From: Psammoneis japonica
Lineage: Eukaryota
Direction of reading: 5' to 3'
Length of the DNA stretch: 64,000 bases
Assembly: GCA_008632985.1 (NCBI GenBank)
Contig: QPGO01000073.1
Span: forward strand, 248,001-312,000
The notes beneath the pieces are model-generated. The model saw nothing but the letters and a program-made list of their open reading frames with translations, did not search any database and was not told where the DNA came from. A program made the position numbers and the translations under genes. Shown here piece by piece: positions 49,810 through 61,299 of this stretch. The stretch's first letter is position 1. Each line of letters starts with the position of its first letter.

Positions 49810-52800
49810 ACCATGTTAAAAGCTGATGAGTCTTCCGCACTGCACACCAGTGTCACAACACCACCAAAGACAATTCAAACGGGGGGGGGTCAATGCATCG
49901 TCGCAATTCCAACATCGACCATTGCACATCATCACATGTTGATGGGTCCAACGGCTTCTTTTTATGGTGAAACAAAACCCCTGCAACTTGGTCATGACAT
50001 GATGTGGTGAGGCAGCATCAGAGTGCAAACAACGCCATTGCATCATCGTCATTGTGAGTGTGGCATGCATGGATGCTGCAGGTTGCTTCACAAATTTGAA
50101 CGAGCTGACCTCCGGGCAAATCCTTGCCTCCGGGTGTCTGTTGTCCCCACTTCCTCTGCAGTGCTTGGCTGGCTGTGCACCAGCCATTTGCACAAAATTG
50201 CTGAAAATTGCGGCATTGCATGGCCGGCGGTGCACCAACTGCATTTTGAGGCTTGTCTTTGATGGTCGATGTGTCAGCAATGCAGTGTGTCTTAAATGAT
50301 CTCATCGCTTCAGACAACAAAGCAAACATTGAAATTCATCCTGCTCAGTTTGTGGAGTTTGATTTGCTTGGTGTGTGTCATCAAAAAAGACATTGGTTTT
50401 TGCTGTTGCAAAATCTCTTGCTGCACCTTGGTTTCTGTGTCAAATCAACCAGAGAAATTTGTTGCTGCTTTCCCCTGGGCACAACCGCATGAGTCCGTTT
50501 TTGGAGTCATTTGCTGTTGACAGAAAACCTGACTGGCACCAACCAAACAAGAAGACAACAAAATGTGACTGAGTTTGAAGAGCACAAGGAATTGGCATTC
50601 CCAGATGATGATGATGATTCAAGCCATGAAAGCCAAAGCAGCACAACATCCATCGGCAGTCAAAGCAACTCATCCGATGAAAAAGAGGATGAGACTGCAG
50701 AATGGTGTGAGACTCCGTTTGGTCCTGGTGAAACGGAACTTCATTTTGGTGATGCTGAAGACACTTTTTTGAAGAACCACTTTGAAGAAACAGGACAGAT
50801 GAAACAAAACCTGGTGACCAAAGTGAGAACTTTGCACTTGCAGCAAGCGGCAACATCAACATCAAACATGCGCCATGAGCCAGATGAGGCAATGGCAGCA
50901 AATGAGATGTTCAATGTGCTGTTTGATCCTCTGTCAGTTTGTGACGAGTTTCTCGGTGCAATGAACACCAACCTGCAGCAGAAAGATTGCATCTCAGCAA
51001 TTTTTGCAGAGCTTCAAGCGTTTGTTTGGATCACATTGTGGCTCTGCTTCTGCAACAAGGGACCTGGAGAATTCATTAAATTTCCTGAAGACCACCCATC
51101 TGTCCAGAATGAAATTGACAAATTGAGTGGTGGCAGCCCTGCCAAAAAGCATGAGTGCCTGCATCATCTTTTGTGAGGAGTTTGGAAAGAGACACCCAGC
51201 CAAGCCAAATGTCATCAATGACTTGGTGCCCTGTCTTTGACTGTGATTGGTCATTGGAAATTCTTTTTTTGAAATGAGGGGTGAAGCTGCATCAAGCATC
51301 TGCTGCATGCCGGGGAAGACTCAGCTGGTGACAGATGATGACAAGCTTCGCATGCGGTCTTTCTTGTCAGCAAATGTCTTGCTTGCAAGGAGCAAAGAAC
51401 TTCACTCATTTGGCCCAGCATGCAATTCTGTCAATTCCCTTGCCACTGGTGCAGAGCTTTCAGGACACATGACACACAACTCAAAGAGTGCCACAGATGC
51501 CCTTAAAACAAATCTTCTCACCACATCTGGGCAGCAGAATCCTAAGTTGAGGCAGTTTCCGGACACAATGACACTTGGAGATTGAGGACATGGTGATGAT
51601 GACAGCAACAAGTGTTGTGATCTCTTGGAAGCAACAGACTTGGACACAGTGAACACCATGAAACATGGGCCAAACATGTCATTTGAGTTTGGTGAGACAG
51701 GACACAAGACAAGCCTCAAGCAGCATGTGACGTGTTCCAGCTCTAGCTAGGTGGGACCTCGCACTACTGAACTGTGACATAATTATTTTTTATCATCCGT
51801 CGTATGTTTCGCACGTACATTTCTACGTGTTCTATTATAAAAAATTGTTCCACACTGCCTGTTTTGCGAAGCCAAAGGCTTTCTGTTATCTGCACTTATG
51901 TCAATAAAAATGCGCTGGGTATATTCTTTAATGTCTAAAGAATATACCCGGGCATACTGTAAAGAATGTACTTCAAGTGTGGAGGAGGAGATACGTTCGC
52001 AAAATTGCCTCTTTTTCTGTTGGCGATCATTCACATATACATTGCTTAATAATTTTACTACGGAGCTCGCACGTAGAATTCTACGGGCCCAATGTCACAA
52101 AAAGTCCCACCTAGGACTGGAACCCGTCATGTCATTGTGGAGGGCGGACCTGCCATTGCAATCAGCGCACACAAAAAAGTGGGTAGAATGACACTGTGTT
52201 TGACAGCTTGGCAAAATGGAGCAGGCCGTGTTGCATTTCTGCAATCTGCCAAGCCACAGCTCAGTGCATCACAGGTTGAGTGTTGAGTGAGAGTGTTTGA
52301 GAAGTGAGCTTCCCCACCCTGAATGTTTTCACTCAGCAGCAAGTGGCAGCATGCATCATGGGGGCCATGGACATGCTTCCAATTGCTGGATTTGCTGGGC
52401 AAATCTCTTTGTGTGGAAACATGAAAGCAAGGCTTGCTGGAGTGGTTTGTGCCATGATTGTGGTGATTGACTTCCACTCTGTCGCACCACTTGTTGCCGA
52501 GGTTGAGGAGCGGACCATCTGTGACAGAAATGGATCTGCTTGAAAATGTTCTCCACATCAAATTGCAGAACGACCCACCACCAACTGATCTCTCTCATTC
52601 AACAAAGTCAATTTTGCATCTCTCATGGGACTCCAAAGAGATGAGCTTGCACACATTTCAAGGTCGCGTGGTCATCCTGCGAGAGGTGCCAAGGCTGTCT
52701 TGGTGGACAGGATTCACAAAGGACCAGCCAAGCATTTGGAGCCAACTGGGTTTGAATCGTTGGTTAAGAGAACCTTTCTGAAACTGCTGCCCGACAAAGA

Positions 52801-54290
52801 CAAGAGTGCCCACAAGCTCGGATTGCTCAATGAATGGAAAGTCTGGGGTGCAATTGGCCCAATCCTGTCTGACCATTTCGAGTGTGACTTGGCAGAGCTG
52901 AACAAATGTGGACTTGTTGGTTGGCAACATTCCAACTGGTTGGCAACGTCACCAGACGGATGGATCACATGCAAATCTTGCCCCCCCTTCCTGCACGGAT
53001 GAAAGTGGCAGAGCTGATTCAAGTCTGAGTGACCGACTCTGTGCTGGATCAGAGATGAAGTCACCTGCAGGAAAGGACACAAAGAAACTCGTCCAGTGAC
53101 ATCAAGATGAGTTTGGCAATCATTCAATGCACAAATGTGATGATGCTCTTTTCAAGGCGTTGGTTTGCAAACTGGAGTGCCGAGTCCAAGTGTTGCATCA
53201 TGCCGTGGTTTGCAGCTTTGAAAAAGTTCTGTTCATGGTGGCCAATGAATGCAAACCAATGTTCTCTGTTGTGGTGTCTTTTTGAGAAGACCAGAAATGC
53301 AACTGCGAGACTTTGTCATTTCAAACACATCAAAGGGACTTGGAGTGGGTGCACACAACAGCATGGGACAATGAGTCGAATCCAAAAAACCACAGGCCAC
53401 ACCAAGCAATGCTCACAACATTGATCATGACACCATTTTGTTTCAATGCGCAATGTGGCACAAGCTGCTTCTAAAAACAAGTGCAGCAAGAATGCCACTG
53501 CCTGTGGCAAAGTGCATGGTGTCATCCATTGCAGCTTTCTGTTGGAACAAGGGAAAGGGAAGGATTGATGAAATGAGCCAACACTTGTTGCTCCACATGA
53601 TGTGACACATTTCATGTGGAACACCAAAGCAGCTTTTGAGTCTTCAAGAAATTGAAAAAAATGTCTCTCTGAAGAAGCAATGTCATCATTCCTTCCCAAA
53701 AGAAGCACCCAAAGGAAGAACACTGTGTCAGATCAAGCACGCACTTGACAAAAGAGAAGGGTCTGTCACAGCTTTTTTGAGTGAGCTTGCTGCCACATGC
53801 ACCACAGTTGCACAGATGCCTGCGACACCTGCGTCTCCATGCACGGCCTTCCACACACCAGTGTAGAAAGCTGTGCAGAATTTTTGCATGAAAATTGACC
53901 AATTTCATGGTCAAACGATGAGTCAACTGCAAGATTCAATGGGTCTCTCGAATTCAAATGTCTTGGTCTGATTTTGCAAAACACTTGAAACACACAACAC
54001 TGCATGGCCGGCCGTGCACTGTGCACTGGGAGTGGGGGCAGGTGTGCTGCCGTGCCACAGCAGAGTCGTCGGGCACACAACGTGCGCATGTGTGGGGCCT
54101 TGCCCTGCACATGACAACATCGTGCCAGGCAATGTGCCGGCCAGGAGACCTCCAACTGCATGGACCGCCACACGTCACCCATGCACTCCCTTCCCTTCTC
54201 TCTCTGCTTGCAAGCCTCACACTCCACTCCCTTGCCTGCTTGCTGCCCCAACAATGCCTGAACCCTGAGCAGTTCTGCCTCATGCTGCAA
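49810..54290 (+). mobile_element. Decayed DNA transposon block with DDE-transposase-like and YqaJ/lambda-exonuclease-like remnants
   Basis: Acidic N-terminal region (50511-51176); LVTDDDKLRMRS; GD*GH (probable GDRGY) at ~51577-51591; CGLV...WLATSPDGW, EMKSP and QVLHH at ~52905-53200. TpA-depleted except for the nested MITE. Confidence 0.55.
51729..52128 (+). mobile_element. 400-bp MITE, unconverted TA-rich copy
   Basis: Terminal inverted repeats GACG(T/G)GTTCCAG...TAGGTGGGAC...TGTGACAT; flanked by ATGT on both sides; perfect 14-bp-stem hairpin at 51917-51949. Confidence 0.9.
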
Positions 54291-54297
54291 CGCAAAT

Positions 54298-54694
54298 GAC
54301 AGGTTCCAGTCCCAGGTGGGACTCCGTGTGACATTGGGCCCGCAGAATTCTGTGTGCAAGCTCCGCAGTAAATTTGTTCTGCAATGAAAATGCACATGAT
54401 TGCCAACAGAAAAAGAGGCAATTTTGCGAATGCATCTCCTCCTCCATGCTTGAAGCACATCATTGACAGTTTGCCCGGGTGCATTCTTCAGACATTGAAG
54501 AACACACCCAGCGCATTTTCATTGTCACAAATGTTGAAAACAGAAAGCCTTTGGCTTCGCAAAACAGGGAGTGTGAAACAATTTCAGAGAACATGACATG
54601 CAGAAATGCATGTGCATGACATGTGACACGATCCAAAAAACCATTGATGTCACAGTGCAGCAGTGCCAGGTCCCACCCAGAGCTGGAACGCGTC
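54298..54694 (-). mobile_element. Full-length, TpA-converted copy of the same MITE (inverted)
   Basis: Aligns end to end with the reverse complement of 51729-52128; flanks are caaat / taaat. Confidence 0.9.
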
Positions 54695-55520
54695 TAAATT
54701 GCAGCTCCCCATCTCGCCCCCACCAGCTCAAGTCTGCCTCTTGCCCCTCTTGCTCTGGCACCATTGACCCATGCGGTGACCACGCCTTCTGCTGCCAATC
54801 CCTTGGACACAAAACAACCATGTCCAATGCCATCCATGATGGCCCACGTGCCACTTTCCAAACACTTGCCCTGCTTTCCGGCATCTGCGTGCTTTCTCTT
54901 CCGCCTCACATCATGAACCAACCAACCTCCTGATGCCTCATTCACCCCTCAAACGCCCCACCAATGCGGGCATCCAACTCACCCCAGCCACCTTTGCTGC
55001 CTCCCCCATTGGCCACCGACACCTCGCCATTGATGTCGCTGTCCCCAACCCCCCCCCCATTGCCTGCTCCTGGCTTGCCTGCCCCCGCCCTCAACCCTCA
55101 CACCGAGGCACACCATGCAAGCACAAAACGGAAGTTCAACGGAACCCATGAGACTCAAAATGAAGCAACCCTCACATCCGCCCTTGACAACACCGGCAAC
55201 CACCTCATTCCCTTTGCCATCGACCATCTGGGGGCCCCAGGCCACACTTTGCCCATCGCCTTCTTTTCTGCGCCAACCAAGACCACCCCATCCCTGCCCC
55301 ACCCGCCCCACCCTGGACCACTGAACCCTCCTTTCAACACCCAGCTGCTCATGCCGCACACGCCTGTGCCCAACAATCCCCGTCCGCCATCCTCCCTGCC
55401 ACCACCGACACCTGGCAAACCATCTCTCTGCCGAACACTTTGGCCTGACCCACCACTCTTCAACTCCGTCACAATGGGGTCTTCAAAGCCTGAGCCTTGC
55501 AATCACCAAATTGCTTGCTG
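54695..55520 (+). mobile_element. Decayed 3' end of an RLE-type non-LTR retrotransposon (CCHC knuckle plus restriction-like endonuclease)
   Basis: CPSC...DPCGDHAFCC...NAIHD, KRPTN (probable RPAD), LAIDVAVP, HLIPFAIDHLGAPG. Confidence 0.75.
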
Positions 55521-55779
55521 ACCAACTAACCCGCTACTCCACCAAACTACAATCTCAAACATCCAACCCCAACTCGAAATCCATCCCTTTTCCTGCCTAC
55601 ATGACTCAGTCCGTGCAGTTCCACCTCCGCGTCTGTCCCTTCCCCCGTGCCACTAGCTAGTTGCACGTGAACTCCTCACGCGCGCGTACGGTACTACTAC
55701 CGTACATACGGTAGGTAGTTTCCCTAAAACCCATGATAACTTGAACTGCCAACAATAACGTCGAGAATCATCGAGGATC

Positions 55780-58700
55780 GTGTTCTGCGACGAAGGAGCC
55801 TTGACCCACAAGCCACAAGGAGCGACAATGAATGGACATCGGCGAGCGAGCCTCGGGCGTCTCGATTTTTCGGTCGACCGTCGGCTGTGGGGAAGAGCAG
55901 GGGAAGTGAATCAAATTCGGAGTATCTTTGACAGAATATGCGAACCCGAAGCACCCGTTCAAGTGTGCATGGTACACGGCTTGTCTGGAACGGGCAAGAC
56001 GAGGCTCTGTAGGGAATCGACAAAGCACGTTCCGATATTTTTGGAAGGAAAATTCGAGCAATACGTCGACTTTTCATCGCCGTATTCGGCCATCGTTCAG
56101 GCCCTTGATGGGCTCGGCAAAGCTTTGCTGCTCCGAGAAGAGGACGATAAAGACGTGGAAGATTTTCGAAATGCTCTTTCTCTTGAAGGAAAAGTCCTCA
56201 CCCGGTTGATCCCCAGCTTTGCTCAGCTCGTGCTCAATGAGGACTTGTGTAAGTCTTCGTCGGGAAACCTCAACATGGCCTCCGAACGCCTTGCTGTCGC
56301 CTTGCGGGCCTTCTTGCGCACCTTCTGCACGCAATCACGTCCATTGGTTCTGTTTATTGATGATGTACAATGGGGTGATGTAAACTCATTGCAGCTGCTG
56401 TCAGCTGCAGTTGCAGATCAAGAAGCACATCACCTGTTGCTGCTGATGGGCTACCGAGATGAGGAGTCGAGCAGGATAGACTCGTTTCTTTCGTCGCTAC
56501 CGAGTTCGGTCCACGATGTTCCTGTTAAGAACTTGAATACTGAAGCTTTAAACGATATGGTGGCGGAGATCGTGTCCCGAGATCCCAGCGACACAAAGGA
56601 ACTGGCTGAGCTCATACACCAAAAGACGTTTGGCAACCCATTCTACGCGATGCAGTTTCTGGAAGGTCTAAAAACAAACAAACTGCTCACGTTTGATATA
56701 ATGTCTGTGCGATGGAACTGGAAGATGGAAGAGATACGTTCCCAAACAGTTGTAGCCGAGAATGTTGCCGACTTTGTGACAAGAAGAATTGTAGAATTGG
56801 ACTATAAAGTCTTGCAGGTCTTGCAGCTGGCCGCTTGTTTGGGCTTTCTCGTTGACCTACAGCTACTGCGACGTTTGCACGACGCATTATCCGAGTTCTA
56901 TCCCGAGAATCAAACACCTGACGAATCACAAAAGGAGAATGAAACGGCGACGTTTAACTCTTCTATTGCCGTCGCACAAGAAGAGAATCTAGTTGTGGCT
57001 ACGGAATTCCAGTGTAGATTTACCCACGATCGGATACAGCAGTGCGCGTACGAGCTCATCCCCGCCGGTACACCCCGTGAGCGGCTCCACTTTGCTATCG
57101 GGTTACACATTTCTCAGCTTGGTCAGGATCAGTTTGTCTTTTTGGCAGCAGATCAGCTCAATCGCGGTTCATCGTGTATCAAGAATGATGCAGACCGACT
57201 GGCACTCATTCAATTGAACGTTAAAGCAAGCAAAGCTGCCCAGAAGAGGGCTAGCGTCGTTTTGGTGGCTGACTTTCTCTCCCGAGCTGTAGATCTGGTT
57301 AAAAGCTCTGACTGGGACAGATCGTACGACCTGGTTCTTGACCTGTACTGTAGTCTTGCCGAGGTCGAGTCGACGAGGGGGGATTTTGACAAAAGCAACG
57401 ATTTGGTTCAGACTGTACTGAGCAATTCAAAAAGCGATAATGACACAGTTCGGGTATTGGCAGCACGGGCGAAGGCACATTTTTCGCGCCTAGATTGTCA
57501 AGCAGCTCTCAGAGACTCACGAAAGGCGTTGCGTCTTCTCGGCGTTCACATGCCAATGTCGAACTATCTTTCGCTCTTTATCGAGCTCAAAAGGACGAAG
57601 CGGCTTTTACAAGGCTTCTCAGACAATGATCTCCTCGAGCTGCCTCTAATGACAGATGTAGACAAGGAAGAGGCCGTGATGATCTGCCTCGATTGTTGTG
57701 TTTATGCCTGGAGCAATAACGATTCTATTACGTACGTGCTCTCCTGTCTTGAAATGATGAAACTGTCTCTCCTCCACGGAAAGAGCGACGTAACTCCCCA
57801 GGCGTTTGGTGCTTATGCTATAGTGCTTGCTTTCATGGGCGAGAAACCGCAAGCCTTCCGGTTTGCGCAGCTGGCCTTGAATTCCATCGCTTCTCGTAAG
57901 TCCATTCCTCCGACGTATGTGTCTGCGTATTGCTTCGTCAATCACGTGAAGCTTCCTTGTGCTCTGAGCATCGAGCCCATGCTCACCGCGTATAGAATCG
58001 GAATCGAAACCGGGGACATGCTATGGGGGTGCATCTGTTTGGGTCTCTACTGCGACTTCTACAAGTTCTGTGGACTGCCTCTTGGCACGTTCGCGTCGGA
58101 TATGCGTCGCTTTGCGGGTCAGCTCAAGCTTTGCCATCAAACACTCATGCTTAGTTTAATGCTGCCAAACTATCAGCTAGCGTTGAATCTGTCTGGGCAG
58201 TCGGATGACAGTGTTGAGATTTCATGGGACGCGATCAAGAAGCATGGATTCCTCGATGATGCTGATACGGATGTTGAGAACAATAATGCTACCATCGTTC
58301 TTGATTACAACCAGATCTTTAACGCCTATATTCTGGGGGAACTAGATGTTGCTCGAGAGGCTCTCGATCGAGTCTTGAGCCGTAAAATCGGGCAAAGGAG
58401 GTACGAGGGGAATCACTTTCTCAATTATATGTTTAACTTCCTCGATGGTCTTGTTGGACGTGAAGTCTACGCTGCAACCAAGAAACGGCGATATCATAAG
58501 TTTTCCGAGCAAGCTCTGCGATGGCTGACGAAGACAAATACGGTCGACACTTTCCCGCTTCGGCGTCTGTTGGAAGCGCAGAAGGTGGCAATGTGCCGTT
58601 CTGTTGATGGAGAGACTGCTAGACAGGGCTACAACGAAGCCATTGCTCTTTTGGCACGAGCTGGTTTCACTCATTTCTGTGCAATTGCAAACGAGCAGAT

Positions 58701-59024
58701 TGGAAAAACATGCTGGTATTGGAGGACAACGATTGGGCAGAGCACTACCTCGCGAGTGCCCTCAGACTCTACCAGGAATGGGGCGCAAGTGTCAAAACCC
58801 AGCAGATGCTTGATATGTATGGCTTTCTGACAGCCTCTAAGGCCAGTGTCAAGAGGACGTCAAACATTCGCGGGTTGGCTCGCTTTGACTCGAACAAAGA
58901 TACCAGTAAATCGGAGGAAGTATCCAGCTCTCGTCGGGTATCCGAAGCGACTATGCTTCCCGCGAATGAAGTAGAGCTGGATTACCACAGAAGTGGAGAA
59001 ATAGTTCTGCGGGGTCGCACTTGA
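55780..59024 (+). CDS. COG3899-like P-loop ATPase (AAA_16) with helical/TPR-like C-terminus; frameshift near 58705
   Basis: GLSGTGKT Walker A, LVLFIDDVQWGD Walker B, KTFGNPFY, FTHDRIQQCAY, AADQLNRG; the tail YQEWGASVK is in ORF 58710-59024. First ATG is at 55828. Confidence 0.9.
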
Positions 59025-59399
59025 CATTGTCGGTAATGTTGCCGGATGGGTCACACTCATTTTCTCGGACCTGGTCGTTCGAGAAACAGGGCCTAGGACG
59101 CCGTTCAATATATGAAAGGAGAAACGATTCCATCATGGACCCGTTTGCCTGACCATGAAATGAATTTCGCGGCACCCGACTTTGCACGCCGTTCCGGTGG
59201 TGCTTTCAAGTAGGGTGACCTAAGTTGTCATGAGGGCAATCTAGATTTTCTGAATTTATGTTGAGCCTTGTAATACTTGATATGAAACAGCACAGTAAAA
59301 AGTTGCCAACCCATGCACGTTTGTCTGTCAATTTGGGTTCACTCCTCTGACATCTAGAACAGCTGTGAGTCCTTGAGGAGGTCATTCCGACTGCAACAA

Positions 59400-60131
59400 C
59401 TCCATTCAATTTCTGCTCTTCATCTTGAGACAATTCCTCAAACACTTGCAAAAAGGCCTGGGTTCGTTGTGCCCCCGAAAGACCACAGGGTGTTTGTCCT
59501 TCGGCTCCAATGACAAAAAAGGGAACACCTGACCTGTGATGGCGTCATCACCTGGATTCAATTTCCTCCAATGCTTGCTGCATGCTCTCTTTGCTCTCCA
59601 GAAATGCTTGAGTCTCTTGCAGCTCTGGGATTAATTTTGAACTTGCCACCTCGACCAATGCACCGCCCATGAGAGAAACATTTTCACCCTCTTCATGAGT
59701 GGCTTCAAAGAGAACTTGGTTCACAAGACTCATGTCAATGCTGTGCCTTGTGTTTGCAAACCACACGAGACGATGCACCAAAAGGGTGTGTGACCACCAC
59801 TTCCAATTCAAAAATTTTGCACTGTCTTCTTGTCATTTTGGATCTCGCATCCATCCACTCCCACCCCAACGGCGGTGATTGCATGCTTCAAACTCTTCTC
59901 CCACCTTGTTGGTGCCATTGTCAATCATGTGAGTTTCCAGTTGACATTGACATCATTGCCCTGAAAGTGGTCCATGGCCTTGTTCAACCGCATTTCCCCC
60001 ACCAAACACCAGGGTTGGGCCAAATCAGAGCAGACTGCAGCACGAGCGGGTGGTTTTGCAGAAAGAGACATGGCACACTGGATGGCAAGCAACAACAATG
60101 CAAGTGATGAGAGCCTCTGCAGAGTTGTCAT
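59400..60131 (-). pseudogene. TpA-converted DsbA/FrnE-like oxidoreductase pseudogene
   Basis: Signal peptide; VCSDLAQPWCLVG..RL.KA; HRLVWFA; LFEATHEEGENVS; FLESKE; SGVPFFVI; LSGAQ..QAF. Contains stops and frameshifts and no Tyr. Confidence 0.75.
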
Positions 60132-61299
60132 TGTGTTGGTGTCTGCCGAGTCATTTTTCCAAACCAAGAAACAGGTTGCAATTTCAAATTGCCCTTTTCC
60201 CGCCTTTTTTTTTGGTTTTCATTTTTGCACACATTTTGTGGAGGGGCCTCTTTTCACGGAACGTGCCTCCACACTCCGTTTCAAGGAGATGCCCAAGGAA
60301 TGTGGCAAGCATGTTCCATGTGACCATTGCTCTCTTTGCACTCTACAATGATGACCCATTCCCGGTGTGCATTGCACACAATGCACGTGGCAAAATTCAT
60401 GAGATTGCCCAAAATCGCTGACGTGCATCATGGGCAATGCACGTGACATCTTTTTGCACAACTTTGTTGTTTGACTTGTCTCTTAAAGAGCCTCAGTTAC
60501 AAATGCCAACACATCCTTGTCATCTGCTGTGCTTGACATGCTTTGTGCTGTTTTTCCAGGGTTTGATTGGCTCAGCTTGTTTTCCAACAATTGCTTCATT
60601 TTCCACCACTCAGAAAGCACGCGACAATGCACGCAAACAAGACACAAAAACTTCTGACCCTGCTTTGTTGTTGAGAAGCATTTCCAGGTGAGACAAGCAA
60701 AATCTGGGATGACAATGACCCTGCATGGAAAAAAAGATGCAGAAATGGACTGATGCATTGCCCACAGCACACATGCAAAGAAGCTGTGCAAGTTTTCCCA
60801 CCACAAGTGCCCAGTGTTTGTGCATCAGCTTTGATGAGACAGGTTGACTTGGCACTTTTTGCTTTTGGGGAGGAACAACCTTCCATCCACTGCAAGATTC
60901 ATGTGGTCACTCTGATTCAAGCTTGGCAGGGGAAAGGCATGAGAGGGTCTGAGTTGGTGTGCATCATGTGCAGCATCATGTGCAGCATGCACTGTTGTGC
61001 ACATTTTGCATGCATGCATGTGCATTTAAATGTTGCTGCACTCCAATTGTGCATCAATCATGGGTTTGTGCGAAGGACAGATCAACTGCACAGAGTTGAT
61101 TGGATGTCAAAAATTGCAAACACAATTGCTTGATGATGTTGACATCTCATGTGTCAATGACAATTGCATCCAGACAATCTGTCATCATGATCACATTTTC
61201 CAAAAGGCCTTTCATGTGCACAAGCATCACAGAAGCTTCAGGGCATTGAGAGCTGATTCAGAGAAACCCGGAATGATTGAGCAAAATCTAATCTCATGA

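Noticed and set aside
51729..52128. Assigning the MITE to a named superfamily
   Set aside because: Candidate target-site duplications disagree between copies (ATGT/ATGT versus caaat/taaat) and may themselves be mutated.
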